A DNA stretch of 64,000 bases from Tubiluchus corallicola (GCA_030141605.1 JAQGDQ010000084.1:620001-684000); one strand, 5' to 3'; counted from the first letter of the stretch, positions 25,204 through 38,600 are shown. Made by a program: numbers and translations. The notes: generated by a model not told the origin, from the sequence alone.

Positions 25204-25529
25204 GATGTTCACAAGACTACGGTCATTTCAACACACAAAACACAACACCGAGATACAGAAAGACACTTGTGCAAAATGCTAAAATCACTTCACACTTTAT
25301 GGTCACTACAAACTAAATCTTTAATTGTACACTTTAGAAGACAAGGTTATTCCAACATACACATTCTTTTAGAGCCACGGGGCTTATGGTGGATTACGGT
25401 AAGCACAGGCACGGTTGAAACAGGTTTGTGATGTATTTTCTTCGCAGTAAAAGACTTCACACTGTGAAAGCAACAATCGGAATTAATATTCTAGTCTTTC
25501 TTGAAAAGGTGCTAACAAAATGCCGAAAT

Positions 25530-28500
25530 TTACTTGTTGGCAACTTTTACATCCATTCTAACACATGCCGACATTGCCTCATCTGCCTCAAAATCTTCCT
25601 AAAACAAAAAAACCATTTTATTGAGAGTCAAGTTAGTAATTGAGTATAAACCTACTCAATTAAATTCAATGTAAATTACAAAATCAGTTGTCCATTAATT
25701 AATTAACAGCTTGTGTTAAATAACAGCAAGCTAAGAATAGTTCTATACAATTTTTGTAATAATTTCACACAAGTAATTGATTAAATTTCCTTGATTTATT
25801 TGCATTTTAGCTAACGGTAAAAAAAACAAATTACTGAGCCAGATAGATCCATGCATAGTTGTGTTTACAGACAAGACTTGTATAAATCTGAAGTGTTTAA
25901 AAGATCAAAAGTCAATCGACAGACTTAAAATGTTTATAAACTGACGAATATAAAACTTATAGAATTTGAACGCACAAAAAAGTAGCTTTACAAAACAAGA
26001 AATGTCGTCAACACTAGGTCTCCAAACTCATATGATAATTCAGGCATAAGTCTCCAGTTATGCATAACTGTAGAGCATTTGAGGACTACAGCTGAACTGT
26101 ATTTAGATGCCCAATACACCTCACTTTCAAGATGTTGTTAAATTATCATTAAAGGAAAGGCTAAGCCTTCTAAGAGGTTGGACTTATCTCAAAGTTTGCG
26201 AAAAATGTCAGAAGGATTTAGTAATAAATCTGCAATAACAGTCTCGTGTAACTAGTAAAATCACTTTAAATTCGTGATCACTTCGTGCTCGGGCGCTGCC
26301 ATTTTCAATGCCCATTCTTCTTCCAATGACGTCATTCGTCTTGACGAAAAGTAGCGCATTGTCAATCTTTGTCAAAAGTATAATAAGTTTTTACAAAAAA
26401 ATTGTATAGTTAATTTTGTAATATTTTTGCGTGAATCAGGAAAACTCCAGAAGTTTAAATTAGTTTAAGCAGCGTGCGCTTACGGAAAGCCACGACTCGC
26501 TTACGAAAAGTCACGAAGTTTCCCAGTTACGTCATGATTTTCAAGGGAATGGCGGCAACCACCATGCCTGAAAATTTCATTCAGATGTAGTTTATTTTAA
26601 ATTTATGCTTTACAGGCAGTTCTTTGGAATTTTTTGTTATGCTTTTCTAAGTTTAAGTGATAACAGTAAAATAAAATCAACATACTAAGTGATTTATTCT
26701 TTCCTTTAATGTTCATTGATAAAAACAGCATCTGCCCAAGACATTAGCAAGTCTGTACTTCGTTAGTAAAAATGGAAAGAAAATTCACAATACCGCATTC
26801 TACTGAACAACGTATAAGAACTGACAGACTAAAATGCATAAAAGTGGCCCAACAGCCATAATTGATAAAATTTATAAGCATAAACAACAATGGAATTTAT
26901 AAGCATAAACAACAAGTGACACTTTAAAAATATTGAAACATCATTGCAAAGTAACAATAATGCAGGCTTGATACTTACGGGATCATAGATAACTCTCACA
27001 ATTAGGGAACAGCTGGGACACGTAGCGACATCTTCACCATTTTCTAACATTTCCTGAAAGAAAAGTTGTAAATTACAAACTTTGAAGAGTTGCACAATCA
27101 CACAAAATGCAGCTGACCTAACTTAATTGGCATAGAAAGTTTTCTTAAAGGAAGACCGGATGATTGCTTAGACTTAATCTCATTTTAATTTACTGTCCAA
27201 AATATACATTTTCTTGATTAAAAAAGTTGCCTTTAAAAGCAATTATTTCTTATATTTGAATAATTAGCTTAGAAACTTAATTAACGGCAACCGAACACAG
27301 CTATTGCTTATGTCAGAAACTAACCACAGTTCGTGCAATGGCAGACATCTTCCCTTACACGTCAAACACGTTTGCGTAAGTGTTGCTGCTTAAACGCGTG
27401 ATGTCATGAAAATGTGCTCTACATCATGTGACGTCAGAAACTAACACTGCAGTTCATGATCATACTTATCAGGGTATCATCTTCTATTTGTCAGCCACGC
27501 GAAGGTGACAAAAAGGCACCATTGCCAATCTTAGTACATTCAGTGAGCCGCAGGTAGCTTTGAAAGTTTTACGAAATTTGAGTATCTGGGGCAATTATTA
27601 TTTAATCTAAGCTTTGATTTAAAAAAGCTATTGTAGTTTTCTAGAGCATTCTTTATTCTGAACTAATGTTTACACAATCATCCAATTTTCCTTTAAGAAA
27701 AAGGCAGTTTCACACTGAAATTAGATATCACACCTGTAAGAGTTGCGATGATTTTCTAAGAAAAGTTTAAATGACAGTTTGAGGTTCTTTCAATTGGCGT
27801 GAATAGTACGACTGAAGGATAAAATGTACTCTGGGTGTACTTCCACACGATTTGCAATAATGAAAAAAAGAATTCATATCATTTTACTAAAAAGTTCTAC
27901 GTTTTAAACTATGTACATATGTAGGCATATCAGGTCAAGTATACAAATGAACACTATACATAAATAAATCGACGGTAAATGTTATTTAAACATTATTGTA
28001 ACCTGAATCGTTTTGTGACAGTAATCCTGCAACCTAATTAAACCTTTGAACATAGCTACACAGCACGTATATTTTCTCTAACATCACAAACGCTAAATGT
28101 AGAACATAACAATCTCGCAATCTTAAGTAAATTTTTTTTTTGCACAATTGCAAAGCTTCTTGGTGTTCCTGCGAGTGCTGCTCCAATCAAGAAAAGCGCA
28201 AAAAACAAGCTTAGTTCACACTATACTCATATGCAATGTTTCTTGGGGCCTAATTGACGCTTTCCTGCTTAGCTAAGGGCTAATTTTGGCAAGCACAGAA
28301 ACTAATTCATGCTGTGCAAACACACACACGGCCAGAGAAGCGCAAACTGTCCCATTTTCGCATTCCACGTGAAATTATTGTTAAGCATAGGCTCAGCGTT
28401 TGCTTGGACACGACCCCTCCTACGGCAAATAACAGATTTTCTTTTATGTTTTCTTAAAGATCACAAAGACAGCTAATTGAAACAAGTTGAAAGGACCGTG

Positions 28501-31500
28501 ATAGCATTGAAATAAAAAATTGTTAAGTTTTCCAATTTACAATTCTACCATGCACACACAGAAGAATTCTTAGAATAGAATAGTATTGTTTCTTTAGATA
28601 TTACAAATACAATTAACAACAGCTTTCAAATATAACTTGTGAGATGGAATGACAGAGCGATCATACGGCCATCTCTGCTGTCATCCCATGCTAAGGTGGC
28701 TAATGCTACTATGCTTATTTATAAAGAAAAACTCAAAATGAAAAACAAAATCATGACAGTTGCATACTTAACAAAACTAAACTGAAACAAATTTCAAGCA
28801 AAACAAAATCATAACAAATCAAAACATCAACATAAAAAAGCAAATGAAAATGCAATTGCAATAATATATGCAAGCAATAAAAAATAAAAAGAACCAAGTA
28901 ACGGAATCATTTTAAATGCCAAAATTTCATGCTAGAAACTCAAAAATTTTCAAGCAATTTTAATATCTCATAAATATTATTATGTAAATGCAATAAAGTT
29001 TCTTACTAGAGATTTGATTAACTTTTATTTGTGATATAAAACAGCTAAATATGATGCCATTCGCATGCAGATATGCAGAAAACAGATTTTACAACTGGCA
29101 AAAAATTATTGCTGAAACAGGCAGCAGCATTTGGGTACCTGTTACCTAGGAGAGGAAAATTTGCAAATTTCAGTACAAATGATTTTGCCAGGAAGTAAAT
29201 TATGTGAGCGATCATACTTTTGTATAACTAACAAGATGATGTACATTGATAATTGTTTCTGGTATCGTTTCTGTACTCTGTTGACTTTGTATATTTCAAT
29301 TTTAAGTGTTAACTAATGAATTACTTGTGATTTTGAACTAACTATCTATGTAACTATATTCTTGATAACCAGTTGTATATATCTGTTCTCAACTAAAACG
29401 TATTTGTTGCACAGTGGAAAAATTCCGATCAGAAATGTTACTGTATGTCTATCCACTTAAAATAAAGTTTATATATATATATATATATAAAAATTATGTC
29501 TACCTAGAAACCACGGCAGCATTACAGCAACAACGCTTCCAGGGCCGACTCTATGTAGTTTGACACCCTGGACGAAAGTAACTTTGGCGCCCCTTCCTCC
29601 ACGGTCCCCCCACCACACTCCCAACATTGAATTTTTCTTGTATAATATTATAATAAAGTATAATTTATATATTATAGTGTACTAATTAAGCGTAGTTAAT
29701 TACTTATCTACAGCGTGTGCTGATGGACTTTGAAATTGAATTTATGACCCTATTCTACTCCATATGACAAGCCAACTTTTTTAACCTTTTTTCGTCCTGA
29801 AGACTTCGATTCTCATAGGTTTAACTGCCAAATGCTCTTGTAAGAAATTTTTCTATTAACGGAAGGTTCATGTTCTAGAAGTCTCATATAAAAACTGCAA
29901 GCAAAAGCAGCGTAACAGGTCAGTAATGTCTGAGTGACGTAGTCTCGGAAATGAAATAATCTACGGAAACCAAATAAAACAAAAATAGAAACTGTTTGTT
30001 ATGAGAAGACACCTTCTAATATCAACGAATCACACATTTCGACAGGAAACTAACACAATTTGCTTGTTTCTTTTAACTAGTGTGGTATACTTAAGGAATT
30101 ACACATACACTATGCTATTACGTATACTAATTTAAAAATGAAAGAATTGCTTCCTGAATTTGGCACCCCCCCCCCCCCAAAAAAAATGGCACCCCAGGCA
30201 AGTTTGCCTAGTGGTAGAGCCGGCCCAGTATGCTTCTTCATTTTCACTTGTGCCTCTAGAGAACTCTTAAAGTCAGAACATGACAGGTAAGTGGCTTTGA
30301 TAATTAATGCAAGCGAATCAGTTTGTAAGAAGTGATAAAATCGATCAATCGGCCGACCGCTATCTCTCTACAGAAACATCATGCACTACTTATTATGCGC
30401 ACACAGAAAGAAATTAGTATTTTAAATAAAATACTAATGTATTTTGACTAATTCAAGTTAACCAACCAAATGTATACAAAACATCATCTGCACTACAGAT
30501 GAATTCAACATGTATGTAATATTAAACACTAGCACGTGTATGTATGTATGTTGTGTGTATGTGTTGGCAATTAAAACATTACATTACATTAATGTTCAAT
30601 AAAAATGTACACAAATAGTCCACTCTCTGTCATAAAATGCTTAATACGAACAATTTCGGAAGGTTAACGCCCTAATGGAACACTAGAGTTGACTTAGGAA
30701 TTAGAAACCTGAATTCAACCAATCATAAACCACTTAACAGATTGCACTGTAAACAGACAAATAGCAGAAACAATAGAAAAGTGAATAAACCAGATTTGAA
30801 CAATAAATTGAAAAGCCAAAAAAATCACGCCAACTAGTGGTATTAGTACATTAAAAGATTTCTTTTGGTGTTCACTGTGTTTGTTAACTGATTTACAACT
30901 AGGCAAAAATGTATATGATAGGTACATGCAGTTTGGTACGTAGTAATATAATAATAGTGGTGGTGGTGATGATGATGATGATAACCAATGGTTATAGACT
31001 CATGACAGCAGCCTTGTACTAAAAACTGGATGCAAAAGAACTCTACCCGCACAGAATTTACTAATAACTGGACATTAAATATCCGATGGAGATGTTACTT
31101 TTACCTTTTTACCAATTATAAAGAAGTTAATGCAAATACTGAACTTATAAAAATAGATAATGCATGTACAGTATTTATAAAATGGCTTACTTGCAAATTA
31201 TGATTAAAACAAAGCTTATAACAAAGATCAAAAACAAGCATACCATTTCACAGAGCAGACCAACGTGTTAAAGTCACTTATTAACACAGAGAACACTGTT
31301 TTGATCAGTATAATTTGTTGCAGAATTGCTTAAACATATCTATAGCACTATCAGAAAACACGTAAAACTGTCTGCACACAACAATGACGTACTCGAAACA
31401 GTTAACTAAATAGTTCCAACAAGTGCTGGATAACATGCATGCCACTGACAATATACAATAAGCGTTTTTCACAGAACCGAATTTCAACCTGAGCAATGAG

Positions 31501-34500
31501 CATACTAGGGTACACATGTATGAAAACCACGCCTCAGTAAGCAAGCATGAAAGACTGCAATAGCCAGAGGCTGTCATGGGCTATGTGATTAAACTATAAA
31601 CATTGGCTAACAGCAAAACTAAACTTAGGCCCACACAGGGCTGACAAGAGAATTTTTGATTCCCAGGGCAAAAGGAAACTTGGCCCTCTCCTCCAATTCT
31701 CCAAATAATGATACCCAAACTAAGTCCACCCCGGTGTGTCATAAGCAAGGAAAGGGGAGAAGTAGGTTAGGAGTTATAAAACTAAATTTTCAGTATTTTT
31801 TCTAACATTTTAAAGACAATTTTGATGATAGAATATAAAACTCCAATATATTTAGTGCTTGTTTTTATAAAAATAAATATTTGACAGAATTTTTGATGCT
31901 TTTCATTTTGAAGCAGAATAACTTAGTTTCAACTACGCTGACTGATGGACAATTTTGGTTTGCCAGAACATTTTATTTTGTTTGCCTTTGTCAAGGTACA
32001 CCTTCGATTGGCTTGTCGACCGCTAAACTCATGGGCCCCCAGGCGCCACCCCGGTTGATACCCCTCTCAGTGGGCCTGGACCCAACACTATCTATATATA
32101 ACATAATAGATTATATATAATTAATTTGATGTGCCAATAACCTAACAAAAAAACTATCGTTTAAATGCTTTAGCTAAAAGCAATGAAAATCCCATTGCTG
32201 TTAATTTATAGCAACTGCTTTTCAATATCTGCCAAGAATGTTTTCAACATGGTAGGCATTTTGTTGATTTCAAACAGTAGGTTATATATTATATCACTTA
32301 ACATTGAAAGCATTCGGGCATTGACAGTAATTACACCTGGTTAAAAGTCACACCCTGCCATTTGTAGAAAGCTTATAGATCTGAAAATAGGTCGCCTACT
32401 ATAATGCGGTGCAGCTTATGCCGTACAGGCACGCATGACGCATGACTGCATGCAGTAGTTTCAGTGAAATACCAAAATACATGTTCAGCACAGGAAATTC
32501 AAAATTTAACATAATTCATTACATGTAGTCATGATGAATGGTGCAAACACAGCTGAAATGGATATTGATCAGTTATAAATTAGCCTAGAGATGTAATAAA
32601 GTGTCCTACATTATTCAAGCTAGGACCTTCACCATGCACTTAGACTGTTTCATTATCACAGCACTGCCATCTGCATTCTAAATGTGATAACTTTTGCATC
32701 TGTGGATAATTGTTAGATGATGGCACAATCACAGCAATAAGCCGAAACAGTTCCAGCGATTGATGATGATGGTGAAACGGTCAAAGGTTACGTGTACCAG
32801 ACAAGTGTACGCATTTGTGTAGACTTGACAACGCCTCGCAATCCATGCTGATATATTAGTGAAAGTTTTAACAGCTAGCTAAAACCTTACCTAGTTCATG
32901 TTTCCCTATTCCCAAGCAAAATCTGGCTAGAAAATCGCTCTATGCACAGACTAATTCAGAATTAAGTAAAGTCCACGTAAAACAACTGAACTGATTGAAC
33001 TGATGCATCAGACGGCTTTTGCATTACCTACATGTCACATGACAGTTGCAGTTAAGACACGTTGCTGTGGTACACTTAACCTTACACCTACAGTAACTGC
33101 ACATGAGCACAATGAAATGGTGAAAAGGCTTATTAGATGTAATTAAAATTGTAAATTAAAACCCTTTTAATTCTACATCTGGCAGAACACAAAGGCTATA
33201 ATTTTTTAAACCATGTTACTATACACAGCTGCTGCAGCACATAGAACATGGAGACCTGTATTAAACGAAAACCGGATGACTGCGTAGACATTAGTTAAAA
33301 ATAAAGTATGCTCTAAAATATTGAAACTACAAAAGCTTTTTTTAATCAAAACTTAAATTAAACAATAATTACATCGGACGGTTAACTTTAGTTAAACTTT
33401 CAAAGCTACGCACGGCTCAGCGAATATTCTCGTGGCCAGAAAATAGGCGCGGTATCGTGGTAAGCATGATCATGAACTGCAGCGTTTGTCTGTGATCTCA
33501 GTGTGACATAGACGTTTTTGAGAGGTCACATCAGCATCGTATAGCAATCTTCGCTTATGCAAACGTGCTTGAAGAGCAAGGGAAGATGCCTACCTTTGCA
33601 GGAACTGTGGTTAGTTTGTGACGTAAGCGATGGCTGCATTTGGTTGTCGTTAATTAACTTTTCAAATATTAGAAACAATTGCTAACTTTAAATAGGCAAG
33701 AAAATGTGTATTTTGGACAGTAAACTAAAATGAGATTGAGTCTAATGAATCGTCCGATTTTCCTTTAACAGATTGAATATGCTGAAACAGCGTGTCTCAA
33801 CAGTCGCAGTTATATGTTGTTTTTCGTATGTATTTCACTCTCACTTTTAAACTCACTCGAAATTTTATGTTCTCAATTTTCGTCTTAATTCCAGAATTAC
33901 AGCCTTAAAGGACAAGAAAATGGCCAACCAAAGTAAGTCTCAGAAAATTCGCAATAAAAAATCATATCACCTAAGTATAATCTTAAGCAAATAAGTATTC
34001 ACGTTTTCGCATTTACTCCAATTTTTGCAAAATATTCCAACCGCTGCAGTAAACGTTGGCGCAGACGTGTTTCATTTAATCAGCCAATTGAAAAGCCAGC
34101 AACTGTGGTTAGTTTCTGACGTAAACAATAGCTGTTTTCGGTTGCCATTAATTAACTTTCTAAGCTAATTATTCAAATATAAGGAACAATTGTTAACTTT
34201 TATAGGCAAGAAAATGTACACCTTGAACAGTAAATTAAAATGATATTGAGTCTAAACAATCGTCTGGTTTTTCTTTAACATTAACAACTTTCAAAGATGC
34301 ATTTATTCGTGCAAATGTACAACTGAATACAGTTTTACAGTCTATAACCAAATTGAATTTTGTTCTTATTATTGCGAGTGAATATGTAGAGTTTTACTGT
34401 GATTCTCACATTTCATAATGCAGTCTAATGTAGAGTGAACTATAGAGTGAATTCTCCTCCTAATAGCTGCATTAACTATTTTATAATAGTTAAGTTTTTT

Positions 34501-35366
34501 GTAATTTAGTAGTTTTTTGTAATAGTTTAGTGAAATTTTGTATTATTCAGTTGTTTAAGTCGTCATATTAGCATTAGCTTTACGGATTTTTTCTCTCTCT
34601 CTCTCTGCGGTGTTCAAGCACATATTATAAGGATATTAAACTATAGAAAAACAAAATATTTAAAACTCAACAAAAGTTAAAACTGTGATGGATGAAACAT
34701 CGACGAATCAAACGACAATATTTATAATTAAGTAATTTACACTCTAAAATGAATTTCACTGATGTGATTTTTATAGTTTAAAATGCATGAGAATTGGCCG
34801 ATCTGATAATTAATATGTATCTTGTGTATGTAGAAAGAGAACAAAACGATCAGACTAAATCACTGCTTAAGCAGGAATGGTAATATCACAATTTCCTTAA
34901 TACACCTTGTATTTTAGCCAAAAAATAAACTTACGCAGTTGGCATCTATTTGTAGTGATACTATTACTAATTATTAACACAGAATGTTTTGCTGCTTATA
35001 ATTTCTAGTGACAAATTAAATATTTTAACTCTTTAAACATTCAAATTATTTATGAAGTATTATTTTTATACCAATTAGTATGCTATAGTTCAAGTCAGGC
35101 GTCGGCACTTTATTTTATTTTTTTTGTATAACTCAAATATAAGAGTATAAACCCTAGAATTCAGAAAAAATACTGCACCAATTAGAATTTCAAACAATGT
35201 CACAGTTAATACATACAACAGAGCGTGGAACCGTCCGTCACAAGGATCTGACACAAACCTTTGTTATTTCAAATCGGTCACCGCATGGGCAAGGATAGTA
35301 ATAAGTTTCCGCTTCGTCATCATATTCAAAGTCTTCAATTTCTACTTCATCATGAAATACTGACAT
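25530..35366 (-). CDS. DPH3: Diphthamide biosynthesis protein 3 (CSL-type Zn/Fe finger), 3 exons, 83 aa
   Basis: Exons are 35366-35259 ([36 protein letters not shown]), 27053-26979 ([25 protein letters not shown]) and 25598-25530 ([22 protein letters not shown]). All introns are phase 0 and GT-AG. CPCGD and CPSCSL motifs are diagnostic. Exon 3 was chosen from its strong acceptor (ggtttttttgttttag) and a length matching the DPH3 tail, so it is less certain than exons 1-2. Confidence 0.92.
26153..26705 (+). mobile_element. Kolobok-like non-autonomous element family C (TTAA TSD), DPH3 intron 2
   Basis: TTAA|AGGAAAG ... CTTTCCT|TTAA. The body is homologous to 59687-60168. Confidence 0.75.
27149..27692 (+). 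mobile_element. Kolobok-like element family D (TTAA TSD), DPH3 intron 1
   Basis: TTAA|AGGAAGACCGGATGATTG ... CAATCATCCAATTTTCCT|TTAA. An inverted copy is at 33265-33764 and a partial copy at ~34098-34278. Confidence 0.75.
29540..30228. mobile_element. hAT-like MITE
   Basis: CAGGGCCGACTCTA / TAGAGCCGGCCCAG termini. Degenerate 8-bp TSD aacgcttc / tatgcttc. Confidence 0.65.
31636..32078. mobile_element. hAT-like MITE
   Basis: CAGGGCTGACAAGAG / CTCTCAGTGGGCCTG termini with a degenerate TSD. The internal part recurs at ~43545-43750. Confidence 0.55.
32736..33134 (+). mobile_element. MITE family B, full-length copy
   Basis: AATAAGCC ... GTGAAAAGGCTTATT termini. Homologous to 62453-62846 and to the split copy at 36619-37749. 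Confidence 0.75.
33265..33764 (-). mobile_element. Kolobok-like element family D, inverted copy
   Basis: TTAA-flanked and reverse-complement homologous to 27149-27692. Confidence 0.7.
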
Positions 35367-35605
35367 TATATTCCTGATTTCTGTAGAATGAACACAGCCT
35401 CACCCAAAATTATTACAGAAAACTTTACGTTTTCATTAACCCGGAAGTGGCGGTCTCCAGCGGAAGCAGTTTTAAAGCGTCCTCTTGTAGTCATTTGTAA
35501 AACGTGCAATCACTGATCGATTTTTGGCACGCAGGAGTAAATTAGAAGAACAGAATTTTATTTTTAATACTATCTGTAGTTCTGTACCGGAAGAGTTTAA
35601 CGATC
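35367..35605. promoter_or_regulatory. Bidirectional promoter shared by DPH3 and CTR1
   Basis: Only 239 bp separate the divergent ATGs. ETS/GABP-type motifs: CCGGAAGTG 35441-35449, GCGGAAGC 35460-35467, CCGGAAG 35587-35593. Confidence 0.7.
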
Positions 35606-38600
35606 ATGACACACGAAACTCATGATAGTGAAATGATGATGATGAAAAACTCGCCTCATGGTAAAGTATTCCTTTTGATTATAAAGCTTATGTTCCACCC
35701 ATTTCGTAATTCTCGTCTGTTGTATGGTCACTCCAGTATGCTCCTCTCTTTAAAGAACTCAAGATAGATGTACTCGTATTTAGTACAATTATTCAACCAA
35801 AATTAACACAAACTAGCTACCACAGTAGCCGAATATTTGCGTAGAAATGCTATTGTTCTTGCCATTATTGGTATTTAGTGTGTGCCTCACTGCACACAAA
35901 TATCTTGACTGGCGTTTCGTCTTTCGTTCTGGACGGTAATCTTTATCAGTTACCAGCTGTATTGCCTTTTGAGGATCTTCTAATTTTTACACAAAACATA
36001 TTTCTCTGAAAATCAGCTTGTTTTTGGTTCTAGTAAAAAAGGAAAGTTTACAGCTGTCTGCTAGGGCATTTGTTAGGGTCTTTCCAAATGTATTTCACAG
36101 CTACAAAGTGTTCCTCTTGTACTTTTTTCGGTTTTTGTATTATTCCACGTACATTCCAATACTTGTAACCGAATGCTAGCTTAAAATGTCCATAATTTGC
36201 ACGCAACAGCTTAAAATCGTCCGGTTTTTTTTAAACTTTGTAAGCAAAAGTTTTTGCAACTCTGTTCTGCAACTCCCTTTTACCTTTACGAAGCTGTGGA
36301 GCCTTACAAAGTTTGGGTCATATACAAGCCCTGAGGTGTGAAAAACTTGTTTCTAATACAAATATACTTGTATGCGTTTAGCTACAAGAAACTGTGCATA
36401 TGACAGGTAGTGAGTAATCACCTGTCAGTTGTTTAGAAATATAAGTTATATGCAAAAGTACAGTCTAAAGGACTTAAGTTAGTAAAAAGGGCTAGGATCT
36501 TATACTCATTACAGTCACTTTCAAAGGCAATAATAATGACAAGTTAGTGAAAGTATCAGGTGGTGAGAGAAATATTTGAAAAAATTTAATACATGAATCT
36601 CGCTTGCTTTTTGAACTTAATAAGCCCTTTCACAGTTCTAGTGATTGATGATGATTGTGAAAAGGTCAAAGGTTAAGTGTACCAGACAACGCATTTGTGT
36701 ACACTTGACAGCGCCTCGTAGCCTATGCTATTGCAATAGTAAACAGTTTTAAAAGGCAACTTTACCTAGTCCATTTTTTTGTTCTCAAGCAAGATCATGC
36801 TAGTTAATCACTCTACGCTCATCATAATCCATAGTTAAAGCAAAATCCAAGTCTCTCGGGAAGTTGACCTTATTCTAATATTTGAGAAAAATGATAGAAA
36901 GTTTCAGCAATGCAATTGTGATAAGCGCCTTGTGTAACTAATAATTTCAAGTTAAAATTGTGATCACTTCATGCTCGGGCGCACGCTCATCTTAGTGAAA
37001 AATGGCGTCATCTGGTTACTGTGCAATATAAACAGTTATTCTGCCAAGTGCTTCAGCATTTTTTGACTGATAAAGCGAACTCTATAAACTAAGTAACCTA
37101 CCGGTACCTACTGTATGCTAGCAAGTTTACGTATGTATCTGAGTCAACGAAGGTCTGTAAATTAATTACATTTACGCAATTAACGTATACTACTTACACA
37201 TTTTACGGTATAATCCTGTGGGTTAAAGCTATGTAACCACTTCAATCTTGGTCATAATTGATCCAATGACTAATTTTCACATAAACATAGTTAAATACAA
37301 CGTTAGAATAACTGAATTTCTCAGTGAACTGTAGAATTTTCTCAATGTGTACCTTCATCACAGCTTGCCTTCACAGCATTCATGCTGCCCAGCGGTCACC
37401 ATTAATTTTTTTCAAATATGGCAGCAGCGACATTTGTTTGGCAGGAGATAAAAAATATTTAAATTTCTTTTACATTTTTAAGCAAAGCATTCTATGCGCA
37501 TATCTTGTGTGGTGATTTCAATATTTTTAATTGTATATTAAGATGCAATGAATGTTGCTCGAGGGTTGGCTCTTCCTTTAAGTAAAGTCCACGTAAAACA
37601 ACTGAAGTTACTGAACTGATGCGACAAACGGCTTTGCTTTACCCACACGTCACATGACGGTTGTAGTTAAAACACGTTGCTGTCATACACTTAACCTTTG
37701 ACCTACTGCAGCTGCGTGCGCACAAAACAAAACTGTGAAAAGGCTTATTATCTTAATTAGTTACATTGTGGTATTTAAAGTATAAAAATCTCATTGCTGT
37801 GTCTTATCTTACAAGACAGTTTGTACTTTTCGTAAATAACTATGGAAGTTTTTGCTGAATCAAAGTGATTCATTTAGGGTGTTGCAGCAATGATCAGGCT
37901 GAAATTACAACAACAAAATAATTACATGTAATACTGCATATAGTGTAGGTGCTAATATAAGTGTTTCGAATTAGACTAATTTAAGAAATGTTCCTTTAAT
38001 CTCAAAAGTAAACCTGCAAATAAAATACCGTTCTCAATGTTAAACATCTGCATGACCACATTAAGTTCTTATTGTTAAATGTATTAAATATGCCCCCCGG
38101 CAAACAGCAATACTCTTTGGTACTCTTCACATGCTGAAATCTTCGAGAGCCTCTATTTCACAACCCTTTTGCATACATGAATCGTAAATTTCTTACTGTG
38201 GTTTTAAATTTAAATAGTGCTCATTTAACTGATTGTCATTTGCAGTATTTTTGTTTTGTAGATGGCATGGCAGATGATGAAACAAAGTCCATGTCTCATC
38301 ACCCAACCATTGGTGATTATCAAATGAAAATGTGGTTTCATTTTGGCACAAATGAAATCATCTTATTCGATGCTTGGCATCCGACTTCGGCCGGCAGCAT
38401 GTTTGGTGCCGTAGTCATTTGTTTCATGCTTTCAGTGCTGTACGAGGGACTAAAATTGCTACGTGAATATTTACTGCTGCGCACACAGAAAGCGCAACCG
38501 GCCGAGTACTGCAGTCCAACACCTGTGAATAGAGATGACGAAGGTACGGTGTATATCAGCCAGCCGAAGCATCAAGATAGTAGCAGCTCTTTCCCCATAT

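Noticed and set aside
25203-25530. DPH3-Patronin fusion protein by readthrough or splicing
   Set aside because: The frames differ and there is an in-frame TGA at 25230-25228. The AG at 25218-25217 would be out of frame with the phase-0 DPH3 donors.
38177-38261. ORF-track N-terminal extension of CTR1
   Set aside because: This is intronic sequence upstream of the acceptor at 38261. The His/Met-rich exon at 35606-35660 is the better N-terminus.
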